64,000 bases of DNA from Eledone cirrhosa. Lineage: Eukaryota. The notes below the pieces were generated by a model. The model ran no database searches and was not told where the DNA came from. It saw only the letters and a program-made list of their open reading frames with translations. Below, in pieces: positions 25,584 through 38,940 of the stretch (position 1 is its first letter; each line of letters begins with the position of its first letter). The stretch is taken from positions 43,090,001 through 43,154,000 of the forward strand of contig OZ024747.1 in assembly GCA_964016885.1 (NCBI GenBank), given 5' to 3'. Position numbers and translations under genes: made by a program.

Positions 25584-26199
25584 TAAGTAAGAAAAAAATT
25601 TTTTTTAAATTTTTTTAAAAAAATATTTTCTTATTTTACGTCCTTTATATTATTGTTCTGCATTCTCCTGCATTGAACCACCTAGGTACTATGACATAAC
25701 CTGTGTATTTGCTGGCATGGGCGTGCATCTGTGCGCTTATGTTAGTTGATATATTAAATTATCTATATTTATCTCCAAATCACTGATTTGTCGAGCAAAC
25801 TTGTCAAAACCACTTCTAAAAAAATTTTTTTTGGGGTGTTAGTAGGCGTCAGTCATCTTACCATCCCATTCCTTCTAACTAGCCTCTGTGTCACGTGATT
25901 GATTCTTTAGAATCGGCCATTTGACTTGAAGCAGTGAGAATTTCGGTACATAGAATCCAGTCCTCGCAAGCTGTTCGATCTACCGAATTATTATTATTTT
26001 TATATGAGCCGCCAGTGTCCGCGCATTGCCTGGAGACTTAACTGAGAATAGACTTCCTGATGACGCAATGAATTCTCGACAGTTGGATTACGTAACTGTC
26101 TTTATCCCATTGCAGAAACTAATTAGTTGGAGTGAAAATTTAAGTAAGAAAAAAATTTTTTTTAAATTTTTTTAAAAAAATATTTTCTTATTTTACGTC

Positions 26200-26207
<8 letters not shown>
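25584..26207 (+). mobile_element. Retrozyme-like non-coding element, ~557-nt monomer with 67-bp terminal redundancy
   Basis: Direct repeats 25584-25650 and 26141-26207; single HHR; no ORF; diverged relative at ~45380-45810. Confidence 0.75.
26052..26133 (+). ncRNA. Type I hammerhead with extended stem II
   Basis: ACTTC-CTGATGA-C.GCAATG..GACAGTT/AACTGTC..CATTGC.A-GAAA-CTAATTAG-TT-GGAGT. Confidence 0.82.
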
Positions 26208-26266
<59 letters not shown>

Positions 26267-26277
26267 AGTATATATAT

Positions 26278-27060
26278 GAGGTGGTATCAAAAAGTTCCTG
26301 GACTAGTTATGTTTAAAAAAAAAACACTCGACCCTGTGTTCCTGGCACTTTTGGAATCTGGCCTGGAAGTCATTTTCCGTAAGCGAGTTGAAGACCTTCT
26401 CCAATTTGCACTGGATCTTGGCAACAGTGTTAAAATGGCAACCTTTGAGCTGCATTTTCAACTTGGAGAAGAGATGGAATCCTGCATGTGCTAAATCAAA
26501 TACAATTTTGTTTTTGGTGAAAAACTCTTGAGTGAGGAGAGCTCAGTGATAGGGGGCATTGTTGCTGTGAAGAATCCACAGTCCGGTCACTTTCACTTAA
26601 TGTCCTCCCTCAAAACGCTACAGTAGAACTCTCGATTGACAGTCAGGCCCTGGGGGATGAATTCTTGATGCACAATACCACAGATGTTGAAAAAAGAGAT
26701 GAGCACGCTCTTGATTGAGCTGCATCTTTTGAAGCACCTGTGCCACTTGAAACATTGCATTCAACCCATTGCCTCATTGCTAGAAGCTTGGCGAGGCATG
26801 CTCAGTGTCTCTGTAGCAGACTTCCCAAGTTGAACGCACAATTTTACCTTGGCTCTTTGTTCCAGCTTCCTGTTCATGACAAAATCGCAGGCTACAGCAT
26901 ACATGTGATCACAAAAACACAAATTTTACAAACTGCAAAGTGAACACTTGGCACACTAGCACATGAAGGTCACTGTTAGCTCTCACTGCGCATGCAACCA
27001 CGTGTTGCCATCTGTTGGCATGCTACAAAGGTAGTCTGGAAACCTTTTGATACCACCTCG
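26278..27060 (-). mobile_element. Internally deleted mariner transposon
   Basis: TIRs GAGGTGGTATCAAAAAG / CTTTTGATACCACCTCG with TA flanks; minus strand MNRKLEQRAKVKLCVQLGKSATETL..*..FKWHRCFK and an HSNNAP (HDNA-like) motif. Confidence 0.85.
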
Positions 27061-27755
27061 TATATATATGTATACACATACTTTTAGATATATATAAGTC
27101 TTACATACATATGCCAGGTGCAATAATGTGAAAGTATGTGGCTTAGTGGCTAGGACAATGGTTTCATGATTCTAAGGGTCATGAGTTTGTTTCCTGGACT
27201 GGACAATGTGTTGTGTTCTTGAGAAAGTTGATTTACTTCACATTGAGAGCCTCTATAATTAGAACCCCTAAGAAACCCATCAGATGCAGCCTCGTAGAGG
27301 GCCACTTAAACCTATGTAATTTTGAGTGGTAAATTTATTTTTTCACATTACATTTCATTTGCAATGATAAGTCCTGTTATATGATATTCTGGGCTTTATG
27401 AAGACAGTCTGCTTGAAATGTTATGACAAAATGTAATGTCTCACACAAAGTGATTTCTCTAAAATCTACGTTGATGTTCCATAAACCAAAAGCTGCCACA
27501 GACATTACGTAATTATAAAGAGGTGAAGGTGGAAAAAAGAAAAGAAAAGGAAAAAAAAAAACTGTCTGTCTTCTTTCTGTGAGAGTTTCTTCCATTGTTT
27601 TCTAATATCTCTGACTTTTTATTGTAAACCAGCAGCAAATCTGTCTTCTACTGTTGTCTTCGAAAATATCTGTCTTTTTAGTTACTGATATATATATACA
27701 CATACACACAAACACACATATGTGTATATACATACAGACACATGCACACACACAT

Positions 27756-27820
<65 letters not shown>

Positions 27821-27841
27821 CACACACATGCACACACACAT

Positions 27842-27926
<85 letters not shown>

Positions 27927-29509
27927 TCTATATATACATATACATATACTTCCACATCTCTCTCTATATATATATGTATATGTATATATATGTTTCATGT
28001 ACATACATATATATATATATATGTGTATATACACATATATATATGTATGTACATAAAACATGTCTGCCCATTCTATTATTTGTCATTGATTTTTTTTCTC
28101 TTTTTTTTACATTGATTCATTGTAAGAAATTGATTCTTTGTCTTCTATTATTGTCGTTACTCTTGTTGTTATTGTTGTTGTTACTGTTACTCTAGTTCTG
28201 ATTACTGTTACTGTTGTTATTGTTGTTACTGTTATTATTCTTCTTATTGTCGTTACTGTTACTCTAGTTCTGATTATTATTGTTGTTGTTGTAGTAGTTG
28301 TTGGTATTGTTATTTTTCATCATCATTTCTTTTTTCTTTCTATTCTTTACCTTTTCTTTCATTACTTTAGAGAATATGTGGGGAGAGGAACAGTAAAAGT
28401 AATACACCCCCCCTAAAAAAAAACAAAAAAAAAAACAAAACAAAAACAAAACAAAACAAAAAGTATCAGCCATCTATAGAATAAACAAGAACTGCAATGC
28501 AACTCAGTATAATGTGAAGCTATTGTTATACGTTACTACTATACAATCATACTATTGCTATACCATGCTTTTCTCATGTAATGTATAACTTTACATTATC
28601 ATTATCATAGTATGTACTATATAGTACTATTCTATAACAAAGAGAATAGGAATGGCTGCTGTATGGTTAAGAAGTTTGCTTTGCAGCCATGAGGTTTATG
28701 GTTCAATTTTATTACATAGCACCTTGCACAAATGTTTTCTACTATAGGTTCAGGGTTGACCAATACATGTTTTTAAAATCTGGTAAAAGAATTTATTGCA
28801 CAAATGTTCTATGCTTTCTTTTTTTTTTTTTTGTCAATCAACAAGATCTCAAACATCATACACTCACTAAGTGAGGTGGGGCTTCTTAAATCGGACCAGG
28901 GAAATAATTGTTTCTAACTTTAGGCACAAGGCCAGCAATTACTCAGTACATTACTGGTACTTTATTTTATCGACCCCGTAAGGATGAAAGGCAAAGTTAA
29001 CCTCGGTGGGATTTGAACTCGGATCATAAAGGGATGTAACTCTATGCTTCAAAGCATGGTGTCCGACTCTCTACCGATACTGCCAATCCACCATTGAAAT
29101 GGTGACCAGGGAAATAATGTTTCCATTTTTGATGCTATCTATCGGTCGCAACTCCTGACAGAAGGAGTAATATGAAATAAAGTGTTTTGCTCAAGGACAT
29201 AACACATCGCCCAGTGCAGGAATCAAACTCACAACCTACCAATTGTGAATCCAATTCTCTAACCACTAAGCTACATACCTTCACTTATGTAATCCAACCA
29301 CAATTGTATGCCGACATAACAACCAAATCTATCAACACATATATTTCCTGTTCAATGCACACATGCCATGCTATAGACATACATATAACTTACCAATATA
29401 TATTTATATCACACATGTTTACACACTTTAAATACACACACACACAACAATTACATATATTCACAGACAAGAAAAACACTATACTCTTAAAAACCTGATT
29501 CAAAGCACA

Positions 29510-29895
29510 CATCATCATCATCATCATCATCACCGTTTTACGTCCGTTCTTCCACGCTAGCATGGGTTAGACGGGTTGTCCTGTTGTGGGCAGCGTCCAG
29601 TCGGCTGACCTTGTCTTGCTCATACGGGAACTGATTCTGGTTTGATTTCTACAGCTGGATGCCCTTCCTAACACCAACCTCATTTTTTTCAACCTGGTTT
29701 TTTTTTCATGGCGCCTACATGACCACTTTGCAGTGGAATGATAGGGACCCCAGTCCTATCATCTCATTTCTACAGCTGAGTAAACTGGAGCAATGTGAAA
29801 TAAAGTGTCTTGCTCAAGGAAACAACACATCACCTGGTCCGAGAATTGAACTCGCAACCTTTCGATTGCAAGCCCAATGCTCTAGCCTATTCCAT
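29510..29895 (-). mobile_element. tRNA-head SINE with RTE-derived 3' tail
   Basis: B box-like GAGTTCAATTC, TCCTTGAGCAAGACACTT core, GTTAGGAAGGGCATCCAGC tail and (GAT)n; sister copy 43885-44197. Confidence 0.8.
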
Positions 29896-31297
29896 GCACT
29901 TTCACATGTATACACAAAAACACATATAGATACACACTATGTATATATGCACCTGTATGTAAAAATAACTCACTCACACAGATTAGTTCATAGATATACA
30001 CCTACAGATATGCTCATACTTACAAGCACACACACACACATATACACTCTATTGAAGGTTTTTTTACACACATACTTGACAGAAACTAATGTGTCTCACT
30101 TATGCACTTGATGTACCTCCACCAAACACATTCACATAAACATAAACCAGCAGTAGCCAGAGGTATAACTATGGTATGGAAATCATGACCCATACCATGG
30201 ATGCCACTTGGACTAGAAACACTTTATATTAGAGTCAGATAAGCTTTTGTAGGAGAGTGGAAAAAAGAAACTTTTCAGTTGTATGATTTGTCTTTGATTA
30301 TCATGGATGAAAAGTTCTATGGTGGCTGGATTATTAAACCATTTATATAAATTATTAGGCCTATTGGTAAACATACAGTGCTAAGCAGGGGTACAAGTTC
30401 ACTGCTTCCCATAAATGCTATATTCCCTAGTTATACCTCTACACTCAATCCCCACTGTTTCACACTTTCACCCATACACTCTTTCTTGCTTCCAACCCCG
30501 GAGTCAGTATTTTCATCTCCCTTTACATTGTTTCCTTTTTTGTAATTTCTAAATAAGAGTTTCTACTTTTGGCACAAGGCCAGCAATTATCCCAGTTTAT
30601 TACTGGTACTTTATTTTATCGACCCCGTAAGGATGAAAGGCAAAGTTAACCTCGGCGGGATTTGAACTCAGTCCGTAAAGGGACGTAACTATGCTGCAAA
30701 GCATGGCGTCCGACCCTCTACTGATACTGCCAATCCACCTCCTGTACTTTCTAAATAATGGTTTCTGCTTTAGGCACAAGGCCAACAAACAATTTTGGGG
30801 TGGGGAAAGTCGTTTAAACAGACCCTAGTGTGTTACTGGTACTATATTTTATCAAGTGCATAAGGATGAAAACCAACTTCAACCTTGGTGTAATTTGAAC
30901 TCAGAATATAAAGAGCTGTAACTACATACTGTAAAGCATCTTATCCACCACTCTACTGATAATGCCAATTCACCACTATGTATTTTCTAAATAATATGCA
31001 AACTTCTTTTTTCTTTTTTCACTTTTACTTCTCATCTTTTCTTCTAAGCTCCTCTCTCATTTCCTTTTTTATTCTTTCCTTTCTGATGATAGACTAACAC
31101 CCAAAACATAAAGGACACTGATATATTTCATTCAAGCATTATACTATTACCATTCATTGTTCTGTATTTCTTTCATGTTTTTAAACTATGTTTTGACTGT
31201 TGCAGACCTTGCATTATATATAAATAAACCATCATTATATTGTATTGTTCTCTTGAGTTGATTTTTCTTATTGACTTCTCTTATATATATATATATT

Positions 31298-31334
<37 letters not shown>

Positions 31335-31764
31335 CATCATCATCATCATCATCATCATCACCGTTTTACGTCCGTTCTTCCACGCTCGCATGGGTTATAT
31401 ATATATATATATATATATGCATATATGCAACACAACAAGCATTTTATGTTCATATTCCTTGCTGAATCTGAGGTTAGCCTTGAGGACTTATCACAGAGTC
31501 TCTTTTAGTCATCTCTTACAACATGCAAATATATACTGTTCATATTCTAAGCTACGTATGCACTGATATCTATACATCTGTGTGTGTGTGTGTATGTGTG
31601 TGTGTATACACATATGTATATACACATATATACACACATATATATGTCTAGTAAAAATTTATTTATCCGTGTGAGTTGGGTTGTGACTTTGGTAAAAATA
31701 GGAGTAAGCAGGAGAAAGCTCTCTACATTCATAGTGTAGTTACAATGGAGATTCAGTATAAGAA

Positions 31765-32586
31765 TAATAGTTTCTGCTTTTGGCACAATGCCAGCAATTA
31801 TCCTAGTACATTACTGGTACTTTATTTTATCGACCCCCGTAAGGATGAAAGGCAAAATTAACCTTGGCTAGATTTGAACGCAGATCGTAAAGGGACGTAA
31901 CTATGCTAGAAAGCATGGTGTCTGACCCTCTACCGATACTACCAATCCACCACCCTAGCATGGTGTCTGACCCTCTACCGATACTACCAATCCACCACCC
32001 TAGCATGGTGTCTGACCCTCTACCGATACTACCAATCCACCACCCTAGCATGGTGTCTGACCCTCTACCGATACTACCAATCCACCACCCTAGCATGGTG
32101 TCTGACCCTCTACCGATACTACCAATCCACCACCCTAGCATGGTGTCTGACCCTCTACCGATACTACCAATCCACCACCCTAGCATGGTGTCTGACCCTC
32201 TACCGATACTACCAATCCACCGCCCTAGCATGGTGTCTGACCCTCTACCGATACTACCAATCCACCGCCCTAGCATGGTGTCTGACCCTCTACCGATACT
32301 ACCAATCCACCACCCTAGCATGGTGTCTGACCCTCTACCGATACTACCAATCCACCACCCTAACATGGTGTCTGACCCTCTACCGATACTACCAATCCAC
32401 CACCCTAGCATGGTGTCTGACCCTCTACCGATACTACCAATCCACCACCCTAGCATGGTGTCTGACCCTCTACCGATACTACCAATCCACCGCCCTAGCA
32501 TGGTGTCTGACCCTCTACCGATACTACCAATCCACCACCCTAGCATGGTGTATGACCCTCTACCGATACTGCCAATTCACCGCCCT
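31765..32586 (-). repeat. SINE whose 45-bp 5' head is amplified ~15 times in tandem
   Basis: Unit AGCATGGTGTCTGACCCTCTACCGATACTACCAATCCACCACCCT over 31911-32586, contiguous with SINE body 31765-31910. Confidence 0.93.
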
Positions 32587-32814
32587 TTATAGGAATAATA
32601 TTAAGAAAGATGCTGTGTTTACATAAATCATTTATTCATTATAATTATTTCTATGGCATCTTGTATGCCGTCAGAGTACAGCAGTTGCATCTGTTGCTGT
32701 CATCTTTTTCTATATAACATTTATTTATTTGAGTCTACATATTGTATAGAATTGTATGCCACTAATGTCTTACCAAAGTATAATATAGACTAATATATCT
32801 AATCTATCTAATCT

Positions 32815-33225
32815 AAGGCGGGTAAAATTCCCGAGATCCATGGATGAGTTCTCTCCAGCGGTCTCTGTCCCTCATTATCGCTGCCATGTCCTGCGTCTCC
32901 AACAGACCAGTGTCTGTCCTTAGGGCATCAACTTACATTAACCTTGGTCTTCGTCTTCTAGTGTGTCCATGTCGGGGCTCCCATGTAGGGGCTCCATGTA
33001 GGGGCTCCCACAGGAGCAATGTCAACTCTGGATGTCGGTGAGCATGTCCAGCTAACCTCAGTCTCCTCTGTGTCACTTTTGAGCTGACTTTTGGGATGCT
33101 CCCATACAGCTCTGAGTTTTTCATCCTCAGTGTATACTGATTAATGTTCAGAGCCATACTCAGCATTCTCGTATAGCACATATCCACCATCTGAGTGAGT
33201 TTCTTGGTCAGTGTCCAAGTCTCAG
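32815..33225 (-). mobile_element. RTE-X-like LINE 3' fragment
   Basis: RLRLAGHAHRHPE..LLWEP; homologous to 44731-45089. Confidence 0.8.
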
Positions 33226-33289
33226 ACTAATATATGATATACAACAACATTACTTTCTCTATACCCTTCACTTTCTCCCACTTTCTGTT

Positions 33290-33340
<51 letters not shown>

Positions 33341-33856
33341 AAGTATTTATACATGTACACAACACTTGCTAGCAGTGAAAAACATATAATGATGATAATA
33401 ATTGTTTCTACTTTTGGCACAAGGCCAGCAATTATTCCAGTGTATTACTGGTACTTTATTTTATCGATCCCCGTAAGGATGAAAGGCAAAGTTAACCTCG
33501 GCGGGATTTGAACTCAGAATGGCAAGGGTCGTAACTCTTTGTTGCAAAGCATGGCGTCCGACCTTCTACTGATACTGCCAATCCAGCGCCCTTGATGATA
33601 ATGATGATAATAATATATATATATATTAAATGTGGTTGGTGTTAGGAAGGGCATCCAGCCGTAGAAAACCCGCCAGACAGTCCTATACGAACAAGACAAC
33701 CAATCTTGCCTCAAGTGGGACAATTCCCGTCTAACCCATGCTAACGTGGAAGATAGACGTTAAACAATGATGATGATGATGATGATGATGATATATATTT
33801 TTAAAAAAGGATGAAGTTTCTTTTACATGTATTTTTATTTTTATTGTGTATCGACC

Positions 33857-33936
33857 TGTTACAGACGTTTCACAGAGGCTGAGGGTCAGCCGTAGGAGTT
33901 ATGACCCAGCTCCATTTTTTATCTGCTCTTCAGACT
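33857..33936 (-). ncRNA. Hammerhead-like motif with branched stem II inside an inverted repeat
   Basis: CTGAAGA-GCAGA..TCTGT-GAAA-CGTCTG-TA; weak stem I; enclosing inverted repeat 33810-33834 / 33957-33982. Confidence 0.5.
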
Positions 33937-34081
33937 GATGATGCAACAAAATATCTAAATACATGTAAACAAAACTTCATCAGGTTTTTTATATATCCAT
34001 TGCCTGTGCATAGAGCGCTTGTTTTGGTACTGCCACCGATAATTTACTGAATCACCTACACTATATATATATATATATATA

Positions 34082-34530
34082 TAATACATTATGAAGAGAG
34101 AAGAAACATTTAGATATAATTAGTAATAAAATGTATCATACCTAAACTGTTCCTAAATTCCTCGACTACGTAGTTTCGTGGCATAAACAAAAACAATATA
34201 TCAAAGATATAGAGTCCTTGCGAGGTCTGCCGACTTATCAAGAGGATACCTCATTTTACTAGTCCCAAGAACGCGTCTACACGACGTGAGAAAGAATCCC
34301 AAAAGGCGGAGGGGGAGATAGTCACGCGAGTTTAGGTATGATACATTTAGGTATGATACATTTTATTACTAATTATATCTAAATGTTTCTTCTCTCTTCA
34401 TAATGTATTTTTAACTCTGATACTGGTTCAGTCTGGTTCAAACTGAATTGGTCTGTCCCAGTCATTCATTGAGCAACATCGGTGAAGTTGGCACCCTTAA
34501 CTCACAGTTGGGTGCGGATGCATTCATGTA
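34082..34530. mobile_element. Fold-back non-coding element carrying a variant HHR
   Basis: ~64-bp inverted arms 34083-34146 / 34346-34409; flanked by (TA)n. Confidence 0.7.
34159..34246 (-). ncRNA. Hammerhead ribozyme, U3-A8 core variant
   Basis: TCCTC-TTGATAA-GT(C)GGCA..TGCCAC-GAAA-CTACGTAG-TC-GAGGA. Confidence 0.75.
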
Positions 34531-34564
34531 TATATGTGTGTGTCCGCATGTATCTGTGTGTTTC

Positions 34565-34661
<97 letters not shown>

Positions 34662-34827
34662 ATATATACACGTATATAGATTTTGAGTTTATGTTGGTTG
34701 TATACCAACACCTCAGTATGCAGGCTGGAGCACTCGACGAAGTGCGCAGGTTGGTTTGGTTACTCCGGAGTAGTGTAAAATAAAGTTAAATAAAAAGTCA
34801 AATGATTAAAATTTAGCTTCGTTTATT

Positions 34828-34882
34828 ACTGCTATATATATTTCAGTGACAGCCATCTTTGGCTGTGACCTCTTCAGGCAGT
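34828..34882 (-). ncRNA. PLE pLTR hammerhead ribozyme
   Basis: Reverse complement of 38317-38371. Confidence 0.88.
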
Positions 34883-35769
34883 TTGAATTAGTATGGTATA
34901 GACAAGTACATATGTTGTTGAGGTGTATAATATTGTCAATACTCTGATATGCCCAGTTCCTGGTTGGGTTGTTATTTCACTGAGGAACTGGAATCATATG
35001 AATTCAAACAAACGAATTTCAGTGTCAAGGTCCTCTTCTCCTCTCATTGGTCATCTCATAGAGGTGGTGGTGGTGGTGGTGGGGGGTGGTGGGGGTTCTT
35101 CCATGTATATGAAGAAATATAAGGCAATAAATGAAGAAAACAGAAAATAAATAAATAATATAATAAAATAATTAATATAATTTGTATAATTTGAAAATAA
35201 ATAAATAAATAGAGAATAAAGAATAAAGAATAAAGAATAAATGAAAAATTGGTGAAAAACTAATGAAAATGAATATGGAGAAGTGAAAAATAATGTAGGA
35301 TAAAGTGTGTGTGTGCTATAACCAATCTCAAGGTCAGAAATATGTTGGATAGATTGGTATGAGGCCAAGATGTTAAGATAAGATAATCAAACTAAATGTG
35401 TTTGTGTTATAATCAATCTCAACTTAAAAATAAATATAAGGTGATACAGTGAAGAGGGCAGAAAACAAATAACAAATTAATAAAGAGAAATCAAGATTTA
35501 AAATTGGAACTTGAAAATCAGAAATCTAGTAAATTAAAAAGTGTTTGTGTTATATAGATGTTGGCCAAATTATAATGGCTGTGTCCGATTCTATCTCTAG
35601 GCTATCATGGTGTCTGCTCAGCCTGGGTTGTTCCCTATGGCTTGAGGGGAGTTCACAACCTAGGGTGTTGTTACTGCCCATATAGCTTGAGGGAGGTCTG
35701 GCCGAGAGGTGTTTTCATGTTCTGTAGAATTCCCTATAGCTTGAGGGGAGTTCACATCTTCTTGTGTTG

Positions 35770-37456
35770 CTACTGTCCATATATCTTGAGAAAGGTCCCG
35801 GCTCTAAGGTGTCTGCATGTCCCGAAGAAGTCGGTTCTGAGGTTTATCAGGCCGCTTCCACCTCTTAGTATCTCGAGGGTCTCGTTCAGGCATAGTTTGC
35901 ATATGCAAGATCCCCCTTTATCGGGTGGTACTTTCCTGACTATGTACCAGGCCAGAGAGTATGGGGTCCTGTCCAGCTTAAGCTTCCAGATCAGGTCGGA
36001 GAGAGCTGTGCTTTTCCTTTTGGCCTCCTTCTTGAATGAATGGCGATGGTTGTACCAGCGGTCTTTAAAGCTTGTTGATGTGGCTCCTATGTAGAGGTGT
36101 TCGGAGTTGGGGGTTTTAACCCTACAACCGTATACTAGGTTCTTCTTGAGGCATTCATTACCAAAGGGGCATGATTCGGGGTTTCTGCAGTTGCAGAGGG
36201 TGGTCGGCCTCTGCGTGCCTAGATTAGGGTTCCCGTTATGTGTTACATGTTGGTCTTCCCCCAGGCTCGGTGGGGGGGGGGGGGGGGGTCCTCGGGTCTG
36301 TTTGGGTTTCTTGGGTGGGCTCTGGGTCCCCCCTTCCCTCCTTTCACATGGTTCTGCTGAGTGTTTATATTGCCATCTTCTGGTTGTGTGTGGTTTTTAA
36401 GCCTACTCCTGTTGATGCTAGCTATATGTTGGGCCAAATTTCTCGTGGTGGAATACGAGAGCTTCACAGTATGTCTGTTGACGATCCTGTGGTATCTGTG
36501 GTCCCTCAGGAAGCATTTGTCAAGTGCTCCAAAGAATAATCGGGCCAAGCTTTTCTTTAGGGCCGCTGAGTAGGGTGGGTTGTAACACATGATTTTTCGG
36601 TGTCTCCTCCTATATGTGTGGGTCGGGGGCGTCGTGATTTGTTGGAGATTTGTTGGGTTGCTGGTGGTTTCCGCCGTGTTGCTTCCCCTTTGGGCTCTAT
36701 GCTTTTTGTTATCTCCGCGGCCCGAATTTGTGGGGTGGTCGTTGTCCGCCCCGGGAGATCCATCGTGGGGTGGTCGCCCCTCCCCCCTACGTGTCCTGCG
36801 TTTGGGGTCGTCTGTCCTGGAGTGGTTAGCGTCACGCCTGAGACTGCTACTCATATTGTGCTCCATCTCGTGGTCAAGCGCACTAGTCCCCACCGCCCGT
36901 GTGGTGGTGTCGGGCACATGGTGCCTATTTGATTCTGCTCTGCCTGTATTGTTAGGGTTCGCCCCCCCCCCCCGGGCAACGCGGTTGTGGGTGTCTGTTG
37001 GGCTATCCCCATCCCGGCTTTTCGGACTATATGTTATATTTTGGCCATGTGCCGCTCTCTTTAGAGCTGCGTTGTAATATTTCGCGTGGTTATTGAATAT
37101 TTCCTTACTTGCGGACAGGCTGGAGATCCTGTCCGAGACACTCTTCACCACTGCCTTGGTTATGGATCTAGGGTGGTTTGATTTGGCGTTAACATATACG
37201 AGTTTCTCGTTGGGCTTGTGGTAGGGGTAGTATTGCTCGGTGTTCAGGTTTAGAGTGGTGTCTAGGAAGTTAACTACCTTCCTATTTGGGTCTATTTCTA
37301 TGCTGAGCTCCTGGTTCTTAAAGAAATGGCGAATACGCCTCCTCATACCCTCCAACATATTGGTGCTGTGGTCATATACTGTGAATAGAGCATCGTCACG
37401 ATGTAATCCGCCACCCAGGCAGGGGATTTCATCTTTTATCTGCTTCAGATACCTTT
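35770..37456 (-). pseudogene. PLE RT thumb + linker + GIY-YIG endonuclease, frameshifted near the poly-C run at ~36272-36288
   Basis: HRDD, NFLDTTLNL..YPYHKPN..SNHP, YNPPYS, KLSYSTT, CNCR..CPFGNECL..VY..YIGATSTSFKDRWYNH, CKLCLNE. Confidence 0.9.
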
Positions 37457-38316
37457 CTCAAGATATATGGACAGTAGCAACACAAGAAGATGTGAACTCC
37501 CCTCAGGCTATAGGGACTTCTACAGAACATGAAAACACCTCTCGGCCAGACCTCCCTCAAGCTATATGGACAGTAACAACACCCTAGGTTGTGAACTACC
37601 CTCAAGCCATAGGGAACAACCCAGGCTGAGCAGACACTCTATATTCTTTATTCGTTATTCTCTATTTATTTATTTATTTTCAAATTATACAAATTATATT
37701 AATTATTTTATTATATTATTTATTTATTTTCTGTTTTCTTCATTTATTGCCTTATATTTCTTCATATACATGGAAGAACCCCCCCCCCCACCACCTCTAT
37801 GAGAGATGGTGGCAGGAGGGATGAAGAAAAGACACACACTGGATACTTCTAAATTGTTAGCAGCAGCAAGATATAAGCTGACCACAACACCAACAACACT
37901 ACCAAAATAATGGTAGAGGTCAAATGTACTTAACAATAGCAAACAAAAACACTACAGGGAACCTCACCCCAGAAAGAATTCTATAGACTTCTGACTGAGG
38001 AATGCTCCCAGAACTGACCAATGGGAAGTTTGACACTTTTTTTGTTATTTTGTTCCTTTAACACCTTGTCCCTTCTACCATTTTATCAATTTTTTAAGCT
38101 AACTCCAACAATAACAACACTTAGAATGAGGAATGTTCTAATAACTGACCAATGAGAGGAGAATAGGACCTTGACACTGAAATTCGTTTGTTTGAATTCA
38201 TATGATTCCAGTTCCTCGGTGAAATAACAACCCAACCAGGAACTGGGCATATCAGAGTATTGACAATATTATACACCTCAACAACATATGTACTTGTCTA
38301 TACCATACTAATTCAA

Positions 38317-38371
38317 ACTGCCTGAAGAGGTCACAGCCAAAGATGGCTGTCACTGAAATATATATAGCAGT
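38317..38371 (+). ncRNA. PLE pLTR hammerhead ribozyme
   Basis: ACTGC-CTGAAGA-GGTCACAGCC.AAAGAT.GGCTGTCACT-GAAA-TATATA-TA-GCAGT. Confidence 0.88.
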
Positions 38372-38426
38372 AATAAACGAAGCTAAGTTTTAATCATTTG
38401 ACTTTTTATTTAACTTTATTATACAC

Positions 38427-38939
<513 letters not shown>

Positions 38940-38940
<1 letters not shown>

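Larger units (their letters stand above)
34679..38419 (-). mobile_element. Neptune-type Penelope-like element, 5'-truncated, with inverted pseudo-LTR and 14-bp TSD
   Basis: RT-linker-GIY-YIG on minus; 37451-38419 is an inverted copy of the 3' region; TATACACGTATATA at 34665-34678 and 38420-38433. Confidence 0.92.

Noticed and set aside
31911-32586. CRISPR-like regular repeat
   Set aside because: No unique spacers; the unit is a SINE 5' end; eukaryotic context
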